Shown here in pieces: positions 12,821-24,155 of a stretch of DNA of 64,000 nt. The notes beneath the pieces are model-generated. The model made no database searches, was not told the origin of the DNA, and worked only from the letters and a program-made list of their open reading frames with translations. Source of the stretch: Schizosaccharomyces osmophilus (taxonomy: Eukaryota); NCBI RefSeq assembly GCF_027921745.1, contig NC_079239.1:744001-808000 (forward strand). Reading direction: 5' to 3'. How positions within the stretch are numbered: the stretch's first letter is position 1; each line of letters begins with the position of its first letter. The translations under genes were made by a program, and so were the position numbers.

Positions 12821-12919
12821 GCTCCCGTGGCCAAGCTGGTTAAGGCCTCATGCTTATATGATACTCCTCTGTGGAGGTGTGTTACGTGAAAAACGCGAGT
12901 TCGATCCTCGCCGGGAGCA
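12821..12919 (+). tRNA. tRNA-Ile (anticodon UAU) with a 25-nt intron at 12859-12883
   Basis: Acceptor stem GCTCCCG/CGGGAGC, A box TGGCCAAGCTGG, anticodon stem TCATG/CGTGA with loop CT-TAT-A, B box GTTCGATCC, downstream T6 Pol III terminator, upstream TATA-like element. Confidence 0.95.
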
Positions 12920-13470
12920 CTTTTTTCTTTTCCTTTTTATATTCAAACGTTGAAGTCCCCTTGAAATGTTTGTAATCTTGTAATTTACTCACAAGATCAA
13001 CTCATTACAGAGATTCTTACTTACAATGCATCATACTAGAGAGGTATTGTATTGGCTGTTACTCAAAACAAGTGACAAAAACAAACAAAAGTGAAGAAAG
13101 TGAACTTGTTTCTGCAAAACTATAGAAAATAAATTTCAAATCGTCGCTCCCGTTCTACTGTGTTTTCCAAACTCTTGATCAGTCATCTAGTCGAACAAAA
13201 CATACTGGCTTTCAGTAGACTATAGATATCCAAGTTTGTTGCAAGAGAATACTCAAGTGAAAGATCAATTCCACATTACTTTGGCAATTTTATGCCTACC
13301 GCTTAATTCGTTGGTCTTTTTTTCTTTTGTCTTTTTTTGTGTATAGTTTAAAAACGAAAAAATCATTACAGTATTAAAAAAGAACTGTATTCATTAATTA
13401 ACGGTAAAAAAACATATGCCTGTCTATTTATCATGAAAACCCATAACCAACAAAAATTTCAACTCCATCC

Positions 13471-15045
13471 TTATTCCGAAGTCGCAAATTTCGATCTTGA
13501 TCTTAACTTGGTACCTATCTTGTACAAAACAAAGGGTATTGGAATCATTATACAAGAAATGACGCCCAAAATTGTACATCCCCAAGCGACGGGTGCATAA
13601 GACGGTCCTGTATTGTTAAACATGGCTCGAGCAAAGAGAGGAAATGCAGCAGCCATACCTGACCGAAACAAATCGTTTCCGGCAAATATAGATGCAACAT
13701 ATTTCGGGTAACAAGCGGCGAGATACTGGAAAGTACTTTGAAACATTACAAAAGCACCCATGGAATAGAATACCGTACTGGCGATTGGTGCCATCCAATG
13801 AACAGATGCACGACTGCTCCAACCAAACCAGAAAAGACATATAGGAAAGCAAAAAGTTGCTGGAAAATCGAATTTTAAAATTTCTTCAGGGGGTATCTTG
13901 CCGTTGGTGGCCTTGAACTTTGGCATTGCAACTTTGTAAAGAGCGATATAGTAGTACACCAGCGCGATGGCAACTCCCACCATAAAACCCATATATGTGA
14001 GTCCGCTTTCTATTATTGAAAAATGATAAACTTGCTGGAAAACGATTGGAAATGCCTCAAACCATAGATAAAGAATGGCATAAATCAAGCCAATATAAAT
14101 ATTTAACGAGAAAACAATTGGTTCAGCGATACTGAGCTGGATAGGACGCCAAAGTGTTTCAAGAGCCAAACGGGAAAATTTTGTTTCGCGATTCGCTACT
14201 TCAGCTTCGGTGGTATATCTTGGATCATCCTCCACTTCTCTCAACCTTTTTGCGCGTCTGTAGAGCAAATAGGATTCCGAAGTCTCTGGCATCAAAAAGA
14301 ATAGAAAAAGAAAACTGAAAGCACAAAGCATCATCAAGAACCAAAATTGCCATCTCCAATCTTTTGCTACAACCATTGTGGCGCCGAGCAATGGACCTAA
14401 GACAGGACCAGCGACAGCTCCTACTGACCACAAGCAAATAAAGTAGGGAAGAAGCCATGGCTGCCAAATGTCAGCCAAAGTGGCACCTCCGGTAGCTAAA
14501 GCAGGTGACCCAAAGAAGCCAGCCAAGAATCGCATAGGTAGCAATACGCCTAGACTGTTTCCCAAAGCGGTAGGAATTTGAAGACAAATGAAAACCAAGA
14601 GTGTTGCCAAATAAATCCTCAATCGACCTATCTTTGGCAATTCTGAAAGAGGAGAAAAAAGCAATGGCCCTACGGCATAACCGATAACAAACATTGTTAA
14701 GCCTAAAGTGATGGGGACCTCGCCGACGTGCATCACACCCATCATCTCAATTTCGCCAGGCGTATAGATTGCTGAGCCAACATACACGGAAAATGTAAGA
14801 AAGCAGGTTTGAAGCGTAATTAACCCCTTTACTGCTCTCGGCCAATTCTTTGGGTTCTCTCGATCGTGTTCTCCATCCCACGTAACAATTATATCCTTTT
14901 GACCTGTATCATCCTCTTTAGACTTTCTTGTTATATATGTTTGAGATTCAACCTTTGTTAACTCGTCTACATCTTTATTTCCTTTCCTTCTAGCGTTCAA
15001 AGAACAAATGATTTCTCCATAAAGTGTGTATTGAATAAAGCTCAT
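13471..15045 (-). CDS. mfs1: MFS drug:H+ antiporter (DHA1, Flr1/Caf5 family)
   Basis: [13 protein letters not shown] motif, [10 protein letters not shown]...[16 protein letters not shown]; about 12 transmembrane segments. Confidence 0.88.
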   Translation of the reverse strand: MSFIQYTLYGEIICSLNARRKGNKDVDELTKVESQTYITRKSKEDDTGQKDIIVTWDGEHDRENPKNWPRAVKGLITLQTCFLTFSVYVGSAIYTPGEIEMMGVMHVGEVPITLGLTMFVIGYAVGPLLFSPLSELPKIGRLRIYLATLLVFICLQIPTALGNSLGVLLPMRFLAGFFGSPALATGGATLADIWQPWLLPYFICLWSVGAVAGPVLGPLLGATMVVAKDWRWQFWFLMMLCAFSFLFLFFLMPETSESYLLYRRAKRLREVEDDPRYTTEAEVANRETKFSRLALETLWRPIQLSIAEPIVFSLNIYIGLIYAILYLWFEAFPIVFQQVYHFSIIESGLTYMGFMVGVAIALVYYYIALYKVAMPKFKATNGKIPPEEILKFDFPATFCFPICLFWFGWSSRASVHWMAPIASTVFYSMGAFVMFQSTFQYLAACYPKYVASIFAGNDLFRSGMAAAFPLFARAMFNNTGPSYAPVAWGCTILGVISCIMIPIPFVLYKIGTKLRSRSKFATSE

Positions 15046-15190
15046 CTCTTTTTATCTGGAATATTTTATTGATTTGTATGAATAAGTTTTCACTTCAATT
15101 AAACTCTGCTTACGGCTGACCGGTCTATCTACTTTTTAACTACTGATTCTTCAAATTTATAACACATTCAATCATGCCGATGTCATTCAT

Positions 15191-15240
15191 TGAGTAAATC
15201 GCTTACTAATAATCGCAAAGCAAACAAACTATCTTAGTCA
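15191..15240. promoter_or_regulatory. Cluster of three AP-1 (Pap1/Yap1)-type sites upstream of mfs1
   Basis: TGAGTAA 15191, TTACTAA 15203, TTAGTCA 15234, all 150-200 nt upstream of the ATG; DHA1 pumps of this family are classical Yap1/Pap1 targets. Confidence 0.5.
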
Positions 15241-15815
15241 TACAAATTTAATCACTTACATTCACTTATGAATCGGTTGAACGCAACGTTTATTTTTTTC
15301 TCTCGGAAATACTGACAACTGCTACACCGAATAGCAAGTTTACCTACAAGCTCAGTTTTGGCCTGCCGTGCTTCTATATGATGGAGAGAATCAGAAGAAC
15401 TTGGAGATGAAAAATTTAAAAGGCAATACTTTGGACAGAAAGATGCTGAATTTTCAGCTTTCGGAGGGCTTGGTTTGTTAATTAAACGCGAAAAGATATT
15501 TACAAACAACAGACATACGTCATAACCAAGAACCAAATTACTTCACGAAAAAATTTTCTACCAATGTAATATCGTTTTGTTCACTCTCGAATATTAAACG
15601 AAGACGTACTTTTAGCTCCCATGGAAAAGGCATGCTTGGCGAAAGCGAAAGGACACACCCGCCATTCAATTTTCTATGTTCTTTAAATTGAGGAAATTAA
15701 GTATGTATCGTTGATTTTCTGAAACCTAAAGCTTACAGATATTGATGGAAATATGTTGACATTTTTGGAAAGTTTTCAGTGAGGATTCTTGGGATACCTA
15801 CAGAACTGTGTCCAT

Positions 15816-16430
15816 TGTTTACCTACTTGTGATAAGCTTAATGCAGCTTTTAGTTTAAATTTTGGGATAGGCGAATTATTTACGCTTGTGTCTTTTAATG
15901 ACACGTTTCAGGGGTGACTGATCCAGTTACATAGCACCTACTTGGAATGGTAATGGGCTTCCCTCGGTGGATGGTACATCCAACGTTAGCCCGCTAAGGC
16001 TCATCTTGGAAGAAAGAAAAACAAACAAAAGTCGTTCATTCATTGGCTTTTTTGCGCCACGAGGACAGAATTGAATATATATTTGTTTGTAAACAAACAA
16101 ATATGTCGGTCAAAAGAGTGGGGCTTGCCAAGCTTTCCTTTCAATTCATAGGCTCTTTTTCTATTTTAGTTTTTGTTTACACCCCCTTAGGACATAAAAC
16201 GTGGAGATGCCATACCGCTGGGCGAATCAGCTGCTTTGTTTTGGTAAAAGGCTTACATCATTACCCTACTAAACGAAGCCTAAACACCAAGTAAACAAAC
16301 AAACAGTGGGATGTTTTGGTAAATTTCGATTGCAAAACAATGACTCACTTCCTGTTTTGACAAGCATAAATACCAGCTGATTTCCCTCCTTTTTTCCATC
16401 TTCAAGCAGTTGATCTTATCTTTTGTTTAC
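15816..16430. promoter_or_regulatory. Cluster of forkhead/FLEX (Mei4-type) elements upstream of the RRM gene
   Basis: GTAAACAAACA at 16089 and 16291; reverse-strand GTAAACA (TGTTTAC) at 15816, 16174, 16424. Confidence 0.65.
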
Positions 16431-16659
16431 CAAGCTTCCTTCTTTTATTGTGCAACTCACTCACTTTTCAATTCTCTTTACTCTTGTGTACTTACATTTT
16501 TATTTTTTTATATTACTAAAACACAAACTCTACGATTTTTTTATTTGCTCGTCAGTTACTTTAACCACTTTTGTCAATTTTCGATTCTCTTTTCAGGTGC
16601 TATCATAATCATCAACACCGAAATCAACGTTCTTTTTTTAATTTGCTTTTTTTTTCAAC

Positions 16660-19488
16660 ATGCAACAATCTTCTCGCCCAGTTTCTCTTCCCATGAACAT
16701 TCGGGTTAAACATCCCATCGATGGACCCATCTTTTCTCCCATGACTTATTCCAATCCCTACATGCCTCCTGTTCCTACAAGCATTCCCATGGGGATTATG
16801 CAGTCGCACATGAAACCAATGAGTGTAAATTTTTTTCAATTGCCTTTCCCGATACCATTTACTGTTCTCGCCCAAAGTGGTTCAAATGAACAAGCTAATA
16901 TACTAGCCAATTTTCGCATGGATACGTCTCAACGACCCCCTCATCCTCAACCTACCTCTGATACTGATGAGAATAGAGTCGACGAACTAGCCAATTTCCA
17001 GGTTCTCCCACATGGTTACTGGGACTATCGTGCTATCCTGATTCATAACATGCCCTCTTTCTACAATGTTTCTGAATTTCTACACCTTGGCCGTTTTGGA
17101 ACCCTAGAACGTGTTGTCCCCATGTATGATAGAAACCAACTTTTTCTTGCATTTCTTTCTGCCGCTGATGCTCTTGACTTTTATAACACTGTCCGCTATA
17201 CTGATTTTACTTTCAAGAAACAACGTCTTATTGTCACGACCATCGATCCTATGCCTTTGGATCCACGTATAATTGACGCCTGCAATCGTGGTTTTGTTAG
17301 TAGAAACGTTCAAATTTCTGGACTTCCTTCTGACTTTAATGAAGCTACTTTAATTCAGTATGTATGCTCTCTCGGTAAAACTGAGCTTATTTCAGTTTGT
17401 ACCGAAACCCGCTCTATTTACATCCACTATTTGAGCATCGAAGACGCTCTGCATTGTATCGATTCTGTTCTGTCGAACCCTTATTATAATTATTTAAGCT
17501 GCTTCTGTTTCTATGAACGATGTGATCGTTACTATGCCACTGATTACCAAGTCGAAAAAGTAGAACCGGGAATAACTTTTTCGAAACCCAAAGCCGAAGT
17601 TAACGCTCTCAAGTCTAATGAAGCTGTTACTCAAAAGAAAGAAATTAAAAAGAAGCCTTCCGCCGAAAAGCTTGATATCAAGTCAGAGCCAAAGCCATTC
17701 TCAACGAAATGTAACTCTCAATGTTCTTTTGAGGGTATAACAAAAAAAGAAGAGTCCAACAACCTTGCAACTGTTGAAGAAAAGAATCTAAAGCCAGCAG
17801 AAATTACAAGAACAAAGGCTGTTCGTATATCGGATCCTGAAGTGATTCCTTTTGAGAAACCTTTTGAGAAACAGAAGCATTCAAGTCCCAAAAAGTCTTG
17901 TGCCGAACCCTTGTCTATATCTGAAAATGCAACCCAAAACAACTCTACTACTTCTCCTTCCTCGAAAACCAACGTTTCTAGTTCCGTTCTTGAATGCCAT
18001 TCCAAGATTGCTGCCTTACAAAACGTTACCAATACCTCCTCCGTTTCTTCTCCAACAAATTCAGTCTCAAATCAATCCTCCAAAATGCATGCTTCGTCAG
18101 TGATTCCTCCAGTTGTTAACAAAGACGTATCTTCTACCCCTCAGCTACCTTCCAAAAGTGAATACCCACAAGATCAACCTACCATTTCCCCGAAATTAAA
18201 TGAATCCAATGTTTTAAGAACCAATACTAAAAGCCAATGGTGTGATGACTTGTCTTCTGATTCAAAACCAGATGCCACCTTTGATGATGTTGAAGACATC
18301 AATATTATGAATAAAGGCGAAAGCTTACAAGAACACTTGAATGATATGTCAAATTCCCTATATCCGTCCAATTGGAATGACGAGTTGAAGCATGAGCCTT
18401 CGCCAGCTACAATGGAAACGTTACGCTCTGATTTATCTCCCTCAACCGATATAGGTACACAAAAAAATACATCCCTGAATACAATACTTGAAGAACAAGA
18501 ACCTGATAGATTTGAATCCCTCCTTGATTCCAATTCCCTTGCCTCTCTTCCCAAAGAATATACTGGTGATAATCCCGTAAACGATCTAACAAGTCTTGCT
18601 AAATTATCAACCGAAAGTTATTCTTCAAGAAGCTCTTCTGCTCTCACCTCTCCTACACTTGTTGATTCACCACTTGAAGCTCCTGCGAAAACTTTTACTG
18701 ATCTCTCTGAACTTTTTGAAATGGACATTATATCAAAGCTTTCCAACAATAGCCGACTTATCCCTGACCTTGAGCCTTGCTCCAAAAATCGTACTCTTTT
18801 CTTAAGCAGCTTTCACAGAGCAACAAAGCAGTTTGAAATCGCCAATCTATTCAAAAAATTTCCTTTAGAGGAAATCCATTACCTATCGAAGAAAAAAATA
18901 TGTTTTGTCACTTTTTTGGAGTCTTATGATGCAAAACTTTTCTTAAACGCCCATAAAAAAGAATCACCTTACTTACATGGTCGCCCATTAAAAATGGAAT
19001 GGGCTAAGTTTAATAACCCTTTTACTGACGAGCTCTTAAACGCCGTTGCCAATGGAGCCTCAAGAAGCATTTCCTTTGAAAAAATTCATCCAAATATAAC
19101 TCGCGGTGACCTGAGTTCTGTTTTTAAAATATACGGTCCTATAGAAAGTTTCCATTTCTCGAAACACAAAAATGCAGGAACTATTACCTATAACAGCATT
19201 TACTCCGCAATAAAAGCAATGAAGCATTTGCAGTCTCATCCAACTTTTGAACAAACTGTTCTTAATTACTATTTTGATGATCACCACAGCCAAAAAATTA
19301 TGCCCTATAAAAAACAGCCTTACTACCTTGAAGAAACCAAGGGCAAAGTTTTTTCAAGAGAAACTTTATCTCAAGGACCTCCGAAATATAGCTCGTGCTT
19401 TGACACTCTCGGCTCATATTCTCCTTCTCACTCAAAAAGTACCAACTTACGCCGACCAAAGCGTGCAACCATTTCTTCCGAAGCGTAG
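16660..19488 (+). CDS. Multi-RRM RNA-binding protein (Nrd1/Mrn1/Mug24-like), probably meiotic
   Basis: Two tandem RRM pairs (RAILIHNM..LFLAF / SRNVQISGL; NRTLFL..KKICFVTF..GRPLKMEWAK / GASRSISF..YGPIE) separated by a long S/T/P-rich disordered linker; intronless, 942 aa. Confidence 0.78.
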   Translation: MQQSSRPVSLPMNIRVKHPIDGPIFSPMTYSNPYMPPVPTSIPMGIMQSHMKPMSVNFFQLPFPIPFTVLAQSGSNEQANILANFRMDTSQRPPHPQPTSDTDENRVDELANFQVLPHGYWDYRAILIHNMPSFYNVSEFLHLGRFGTLERVVPMYDRNQLFLAFLSAADALDFYNTVRYTDFTFKKQRLIVTTIDPMPLDPRIIDACNRGFVSRNVQISGLPSDFNEATLIQYVCSLGKTELISVCTETRSIYIHYLSIEDALHCIDSVLSNPYYNYLSCFCFYERCDRYYATDYQVEKVEPGITFSKPKAEVNALKSNEAVTQKKEIKKKPSAEKLDIKSEPKPFSTKCNSQCSFEGITKKEESNNLATVEEKNLKPAEITRTKAVRISDPEVIPFEKPFEKQKHSSPKKSCAEPLSISENATQNNSTTSPSSKTNVSSSVLECHSKIAALQNVTNTSSVSSPTNSVSNQSSKMHASSVIPPVVNKDVSSTPQLPSKSEYPQDQPTISPKLNESNVLRTNTKSQWCDDLSSDSKPDATFDDVEDINIMNKGESLQEHLNDMSNSLYPSNWNDELKHEPSPATMETLRSDLSPSTDIGTQKNTSLNTILEEQEPDRFESLLDSNSLASLPKEYTGDNPVNDLTSLAKLSTESYSSRSSSALTSPTLVDSPLEAPAKTFTDLSELFEMDIISKLSNNSRLIPDLEPCSKNRTLFLSSFHRATKQFEIANLFKKFPLEEIHYLSKKKICFVTFLESYDAKLFLNAHKKESPYLHGRPLKMEWAKFNNPFTDELLNAVANGASRSISFEKIHPNITRGDLSSVFKIYGPIESFHFSKHKNAGTITYNSIYSAIKAMKHLQSHPTFEQTVLNYYFDDHHSQKIMPYKKQPYYLEETKGKVFSRETLSQGPPKYSSCFDTLGSYSPSHSKSTNLRRPKRATISSEA

Positions 19489-20281
19489 TCCTTCATTTTA
19501 TTTTCTAAAATACACCATTCTTTTTGTTTATTCTATTATAGTTCAGTTTGTCAACAGTTGTTTATTGTTTGTTTACGTTTTTGAAATAAAGATCGATTGA
19601 AAAAAACCACTTGCCCCAATTGTACATATATATCCGTTTTCATAGATAAATCCAAGTATAGACAAGAGACATTTATAAATATCACTTATTAAGTATCTAA
19701 GAGCCGCCTAATTATTCTCCAGCTAGGGTACCATTCTTGCTCATCAAGTTGTTGTTATCCCGTCACACTGACGGCTTTTCCAAAGAAAAGGAATGGTAGT
19801 AAAATTTGCAGCACTGTAGAGACAAACAGGTCACATCTTTTTATTTTTATTTTTATGTATCGGGGAAGTCTAATGATTATCATCCTTCATAGTCTAATTT
19901 CTTTTGAACAAAATCAAGGCACCTCAGCGATATTTTTTAAAATGAGTAGAGTAAAGTATGTTAAACTCAAGTAAATTTGAGTTATACCGACAGGTCGAAT
20001 CTGGGTATCAGTTAGAACTAGACGGCATTAAGTTTATAATCGTTTGCGTTTTTCATGTTTGCTGGTGATTACGGAATAGTTTTTGACAGCTTGGCAGTCT
20101 GTGTTGCCGTATCTCAATGATTCCAACCTGCAATTGGACTAATTCATCTCGTTACACCATAATCAAGCCCTGAAGGGAATGTTATTCATTGAACCACATA
20201 CTTATATATTTTCGTCAAATTTTTAATAACAGAAATAATTTAAACACTTGTAATAGTCATTATCATACCAAGCATACAAAC

Positions 20282-20932
20282 TCACTGACATAAGCAGTAC
20301 GAAAGCAAACCTTTCTCAGATTCCTCTTCAACGGCGTATGGTTCTTTTTCAGATAAATCAGCCTGTTGAAAAGCATATTTTGGTTTAGCACGAACGCTAG
20401 TCAAAAGTAACTCAAAGTCACCATTTTGTGAATTGAAAAAGCTTCGATTCATAAATGAAAACTGGACGATTTCGCTAGTATCCAAGGGAGGAGCCCCCTC
20501 AACTGGACGACCCCTATAGGTAGGTCGAAACTCAGAAAATGGAATGTAAATACTTTGGTCCTCTTTGGAAAAGGATGGGCTAAAGTCATATTCATAGGAT
20601 AAAGTGGAGCGTTCATGATCGCCCCTTTTTTGATGATCATCTTTGATAATAAAAGTATATTTGAAATTGTCGCTCTTCGCAATATTAATCTCTATACCAT
20701 CAAACTCTCTCAAATTCCATTTACGGTTAGGAATGTTCGTTGCCTGACTAGCAAACCCAGCGCCCCCAAGAGTTTTTGTATCCAGAGTACCCCAAAATCT
20801 CGCATAAGAATCACTATCATTACCTTTCTCGACTGTTAAATGGCTAATAGAGGATCCTCCACGGACTCGATCATCGACTGCACGAAAGTCCTGCTCGTGC
20901 CAATTTTCTGGCTGACCAAATAAAACTAACAT
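20282..20932 (-). CDS. CIA30-family protein (SPAC9E9.15-like)
   Basis: VDDRVRGGSS, KTLGGAGFAS, FRPTYRG CIA30 motifs; likely start MLVLFG at 20932. Confidence 0.85.
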   Translation of the reverse strand: MLVLFGQPENWHEQDFRAVDDRVRGGSSISHLTVEKGNDSDSYARFWGTLDTKTLGGAGFASQATNIPNRKWNLREFDGIEINIAKSDNFKYTFIIKDDHQKRGDHERSTLSYEYDFSPSFSKEDQSIYIPFSEFRPTYRGRPVEGAPPLDTSEIVQFSFMNRSFFNSQNGDFELLLTSVRAKPKYAFQQADLSEKEPYAVEEESEKGLLSYCLCQ

Positions 20933-21306
20933 ACTCTTATCCAATAAATTAAAACTGATTAAGCCAAAAAAATTACAAAATTTTTCAAGTAATTGTCGTA
21001 AGCAAATTGAGGATCGTTTGTAGAAGAAAGAATTTATGTCAGAGCTAACTAAGAATTGAGGATCGATGAGCAAATATAAGAAATACATAAAAGTAATACA
21101 ATATTAATTCAAAAAAGAGATATTATACAATGGATTTAAAGTAATATTAATAATTTGAACAGAAAACGAAGGGATGCAAAGCATCAAGAGTAGAAACATT
21201 ATCAAGGCAGTTTTCAAAACGTCATTCGATAATTGTTAAGGTAAGAGTCGTTACGAAGCATGTAACATATAAGGAAAAAAGCAATAAGTATATCGTACAT
21301 GGAAAC

Positions 21307-22017
21307 TCAGGATTTGAGAGCGTCTAATTTTCCGCGAATGTCCAGCAACTGTTCACTATCAATTTCTTGGTAATCTTGAGTAGCATTACTTTTAGATACG
21401 GAAGGCAATTCCTGCTCCAGCGGCTCGACAGGTTTTGGTTGAGGTTGGAATGTTTCATTGGAGACAGGTACAGACGGTTTGACAGCTGACGGCTGAAATT
21501 GTGACAATATTTCTTTCACTTCTTCGTCTTCATCTTCAAGGTCTTCAAATCCTTCCTCTTCGACAGGAAATATCATATCGTCACGCATTTCTTCCATAAC
21601 GCCAGCTTTCGTGAGTTCCATCGATAAGCTACGCATGGTTTGGGAAAGCTCCGGAAGACGAACCAAGCCTGAGACACTTTGCATGATAGAAGTACTAGAT
21701 TTCATAGCTTTTTCAATTTTGTACATGGCCATCTGCTCGTTGAGCTGCATACTAAGACTTCCAAGCATGGCTTTCGACTCTGCTAACTTTTTGCGATGTC
21801 GATTGGCTCGGGCCAATTCTTTAGCCAAGACCCGCATATTTGAGATATCCTGTTGCTTTGCAAGAGCTTTCATTTGTGTCTCGGCTTTCTTTTTACCATT
21901 TTGTAAGTACACCACCTGCCGGTCAATGTTTCGCTGTTCCTTCCGAAGAGTTGCTTGCCATTTTCGGTTTTGCTCTTGGGGTGTAGGACCAAATAAATAG
22001 GAGCGTACGGTCTGCAT
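21307..22017 (-). CDS. vps24: ESCRT-III subunit Vps24
   Basis: Snf7-family helices, LAKELAR, MELTKAGVMEEM, C-terminal MIM-like IRGKLDALKS. Confidence 0.92.
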   Translation of the reverse strand: MQTVRSYLFGPTPQEQNRKWQATLRKEQRNIDRQVVYLQNGKKKAETQMKALAKQQDISNMRVLAKELARANRHRKKLAESKAMLGSLSMQLNEQMAMYKIEKAMKSSTSIMQSVSGLVRLPELSQTMRSLSMELTKAGVMEEMRDDMIFPVEEEGFEDLEDEDEEVKEILSQFQPSAVKPSVPVSNETFQPQPKPVEPLEQELPSVSKSNATQDYQEIDSEQLLDIRGKLDALKS

Positions 22018-22649
22018 GTTGCTATAAGCGATAAGGGAAAGCGTATGTTCGACTCTGACAGACATGCACAATCAGAAAGCACAATCCCCAAATACAAAAG
22101 CTTACTTAAAGCGAAATTGTGTCAATGTCCAAGTCCAAAAGAACTACCTATTTAGCCGTTCCAGAAACAATCGTTTGAAAGCCCGAACAATAGTGAACCT
22201 AATAGGTACACTTCAGTCCTTTTCACGTTCACTCACTTCTTAAAAGATCTTGTATGCAAAAGAATAAATTTGTATGGAATTTCCAAACACACACTCTCGC
22301 TGTTGGGATTATTGAACGGCACTAGCACCGGAAATGTCGTTGCAGCAGCCGTTTAAGGCAATGGAAATTCCTACAACGAAATAATGGAAATAAGATAAAA
22401 AAATGTAATAAAAGAACGATGGTTTACACTCAGAATACCAATCACTTTTCTAGTACAATCGTGAAGGTGTTGTAGTTAGTTTTCTAGAAAAAACCTATGG
22501 TGGTGACATAACCCTCACTATATATATCAAGAAGGACCCCTGTACCCAACTATAGCAATTACTAGCAACTAAAGTGAATCGGATTAATAACACTTAATTT
22601 CACTTAGTTTTATTATTTAACTTGCGAAAGTATTTGATATTTTATAAAA

Positions 22650-23395
22650 ATGAGCGCTACTCAAATTCCTGAAGGTATGTGTGCAAATTCCACGAAGAAG
22701 AGTTGAAGTTTGACTGTTTGCGTCCAAAGCGGTTATAAGATGTTAAAGTCGGATGCTTTGGAACCGCGAATGGCTGGATTTACGATGTCAACTATGTAAA
22801 GAGAAAGAAATGGCTTACTAACTGTACAATAGTCTTATGGGCTCAAAGATCTCACCCAGAGAACCCTGAAAAGAATGTTATTTATTTAACTGTTGTTATT
22901 CCTGATGCTGTTGAACCTAAAATCAATTTGACATCTGAAAAAGTAGTTATTGACAGCAAATCTGGAGCTGCTGCTCATTATGCTGTCCAAATCGATTTCT
23001 TCAAGGAAATCGATACAGAAAAGAGCAATTACTCTCTTACCGGCCGTAATATTTTCTTCGTTCTCTACAAGAAAGAGCTCCAAGAAGAATTCTGGCCTCG
23101 CTTGACTAAAGAAAAGCTTCGTCTTCACTGGCTCCGTACTGATTTTGAACGCTGGGTTGACGAGGATGAGCAAGAAACTCAACCTGAGGCCTCTGCTGAA
23201 CCTGCTAACCCCTTTGGCGCCGGCGGCATGCCTGACTTGAGTGCCTTAGGTGGCATGGGTGGCATGGGTGGCATGGAAGGCATGGACTTGAGTCAACTCG
23301 GTAACATGGGTGCTAACATGGGCGGTCAAAATGACGAGGAAGAAAGCAGCGAGCCCGAATTGGAAGAAGCCGATGAAGAAGAAAAGAAGGAGTAA
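22650..23395 (+). CDS. wos2: p23/Sba1 Hsp90 co-chaperone; intron 22675-22832
   Basis: PEVLWAQR after splicing, FWPRLTKEK, WLRTDFERWVDEDE, GM-rich and acidic tail. Confidence 0.94.
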
Positions 23396-24155
23396 ATAGA
23401 AAACATTACTTTAAATGGACTGCCTTGCAAGCATAAAAGTTAAAAGTTTTTGACCTTTTCAGTGATTCACTCAGGCATATTTTCTTTCTTTTTCTTCTTT
23501 CTGTTATCTTCTTCTCTTTGCCTAATTTATGCTTTATGTGTGATTTGTTTGCCTTATAGTGGATGGGTGCCGTATAACGTTACGATTTTAGAGTATAGAA
23601 GAAGTAAACAAATGAATTCTTTTATGATTTGATGAGCCTATTTCTTTTTGGTCATCATGGTTTTAAATATATTATAAATTGTAAATGTATGCCATAGTTG
23701 GGGACGTTTACTTTTTTTTCTTTCGAACTTTGTAATATTGGTTCGAATATTGTAACGGTTTCTTCTTTTCAAGTGAGTAGAAAATTCGTTCATCTACACA
23801 GGCATTTTCTCTTGAGTTCATCCTAGTCAGCGGAAGGTACCGTTACCCAAAGTTTTTCTATTCCTTGAAATTTTCGATTGAAAGCATGTGTTTTTAAATT
23901 AAGTTCGTCTGAAAAACTCTTAGAATTCCTAGTTATCTCTGCTGAGTTTGATTTTTGCTTGCACCTTTTGTAAATTCATTTCAGTTTGAATTTCACGTCA
24001 ATGCACGATTATACCTTTCTCGTGTTGTGTTGTATAAAAAGTATATCCTTGACTCATTCCTTATTATTTTTCTAGGATAAATTGTTTTGTGTACGCCGTA
24101 TTTCGTTTCTTTTGGATTCACCAAATATAGAGACCTTTTCTAAAGGAGCTTGACG

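Noticed and set aside
20933..21088. N-terminal extension of the CIA30 ORF in the track
   Set aside because: AT-rich leader-like sequence; family similarity begins at MLVLFG
22650..23395. Possible local inversion of wos2 relative to S. pombe
   Set aside because: Based only on recalled systematic-name strand suffixes; cannot be supported from the sequence
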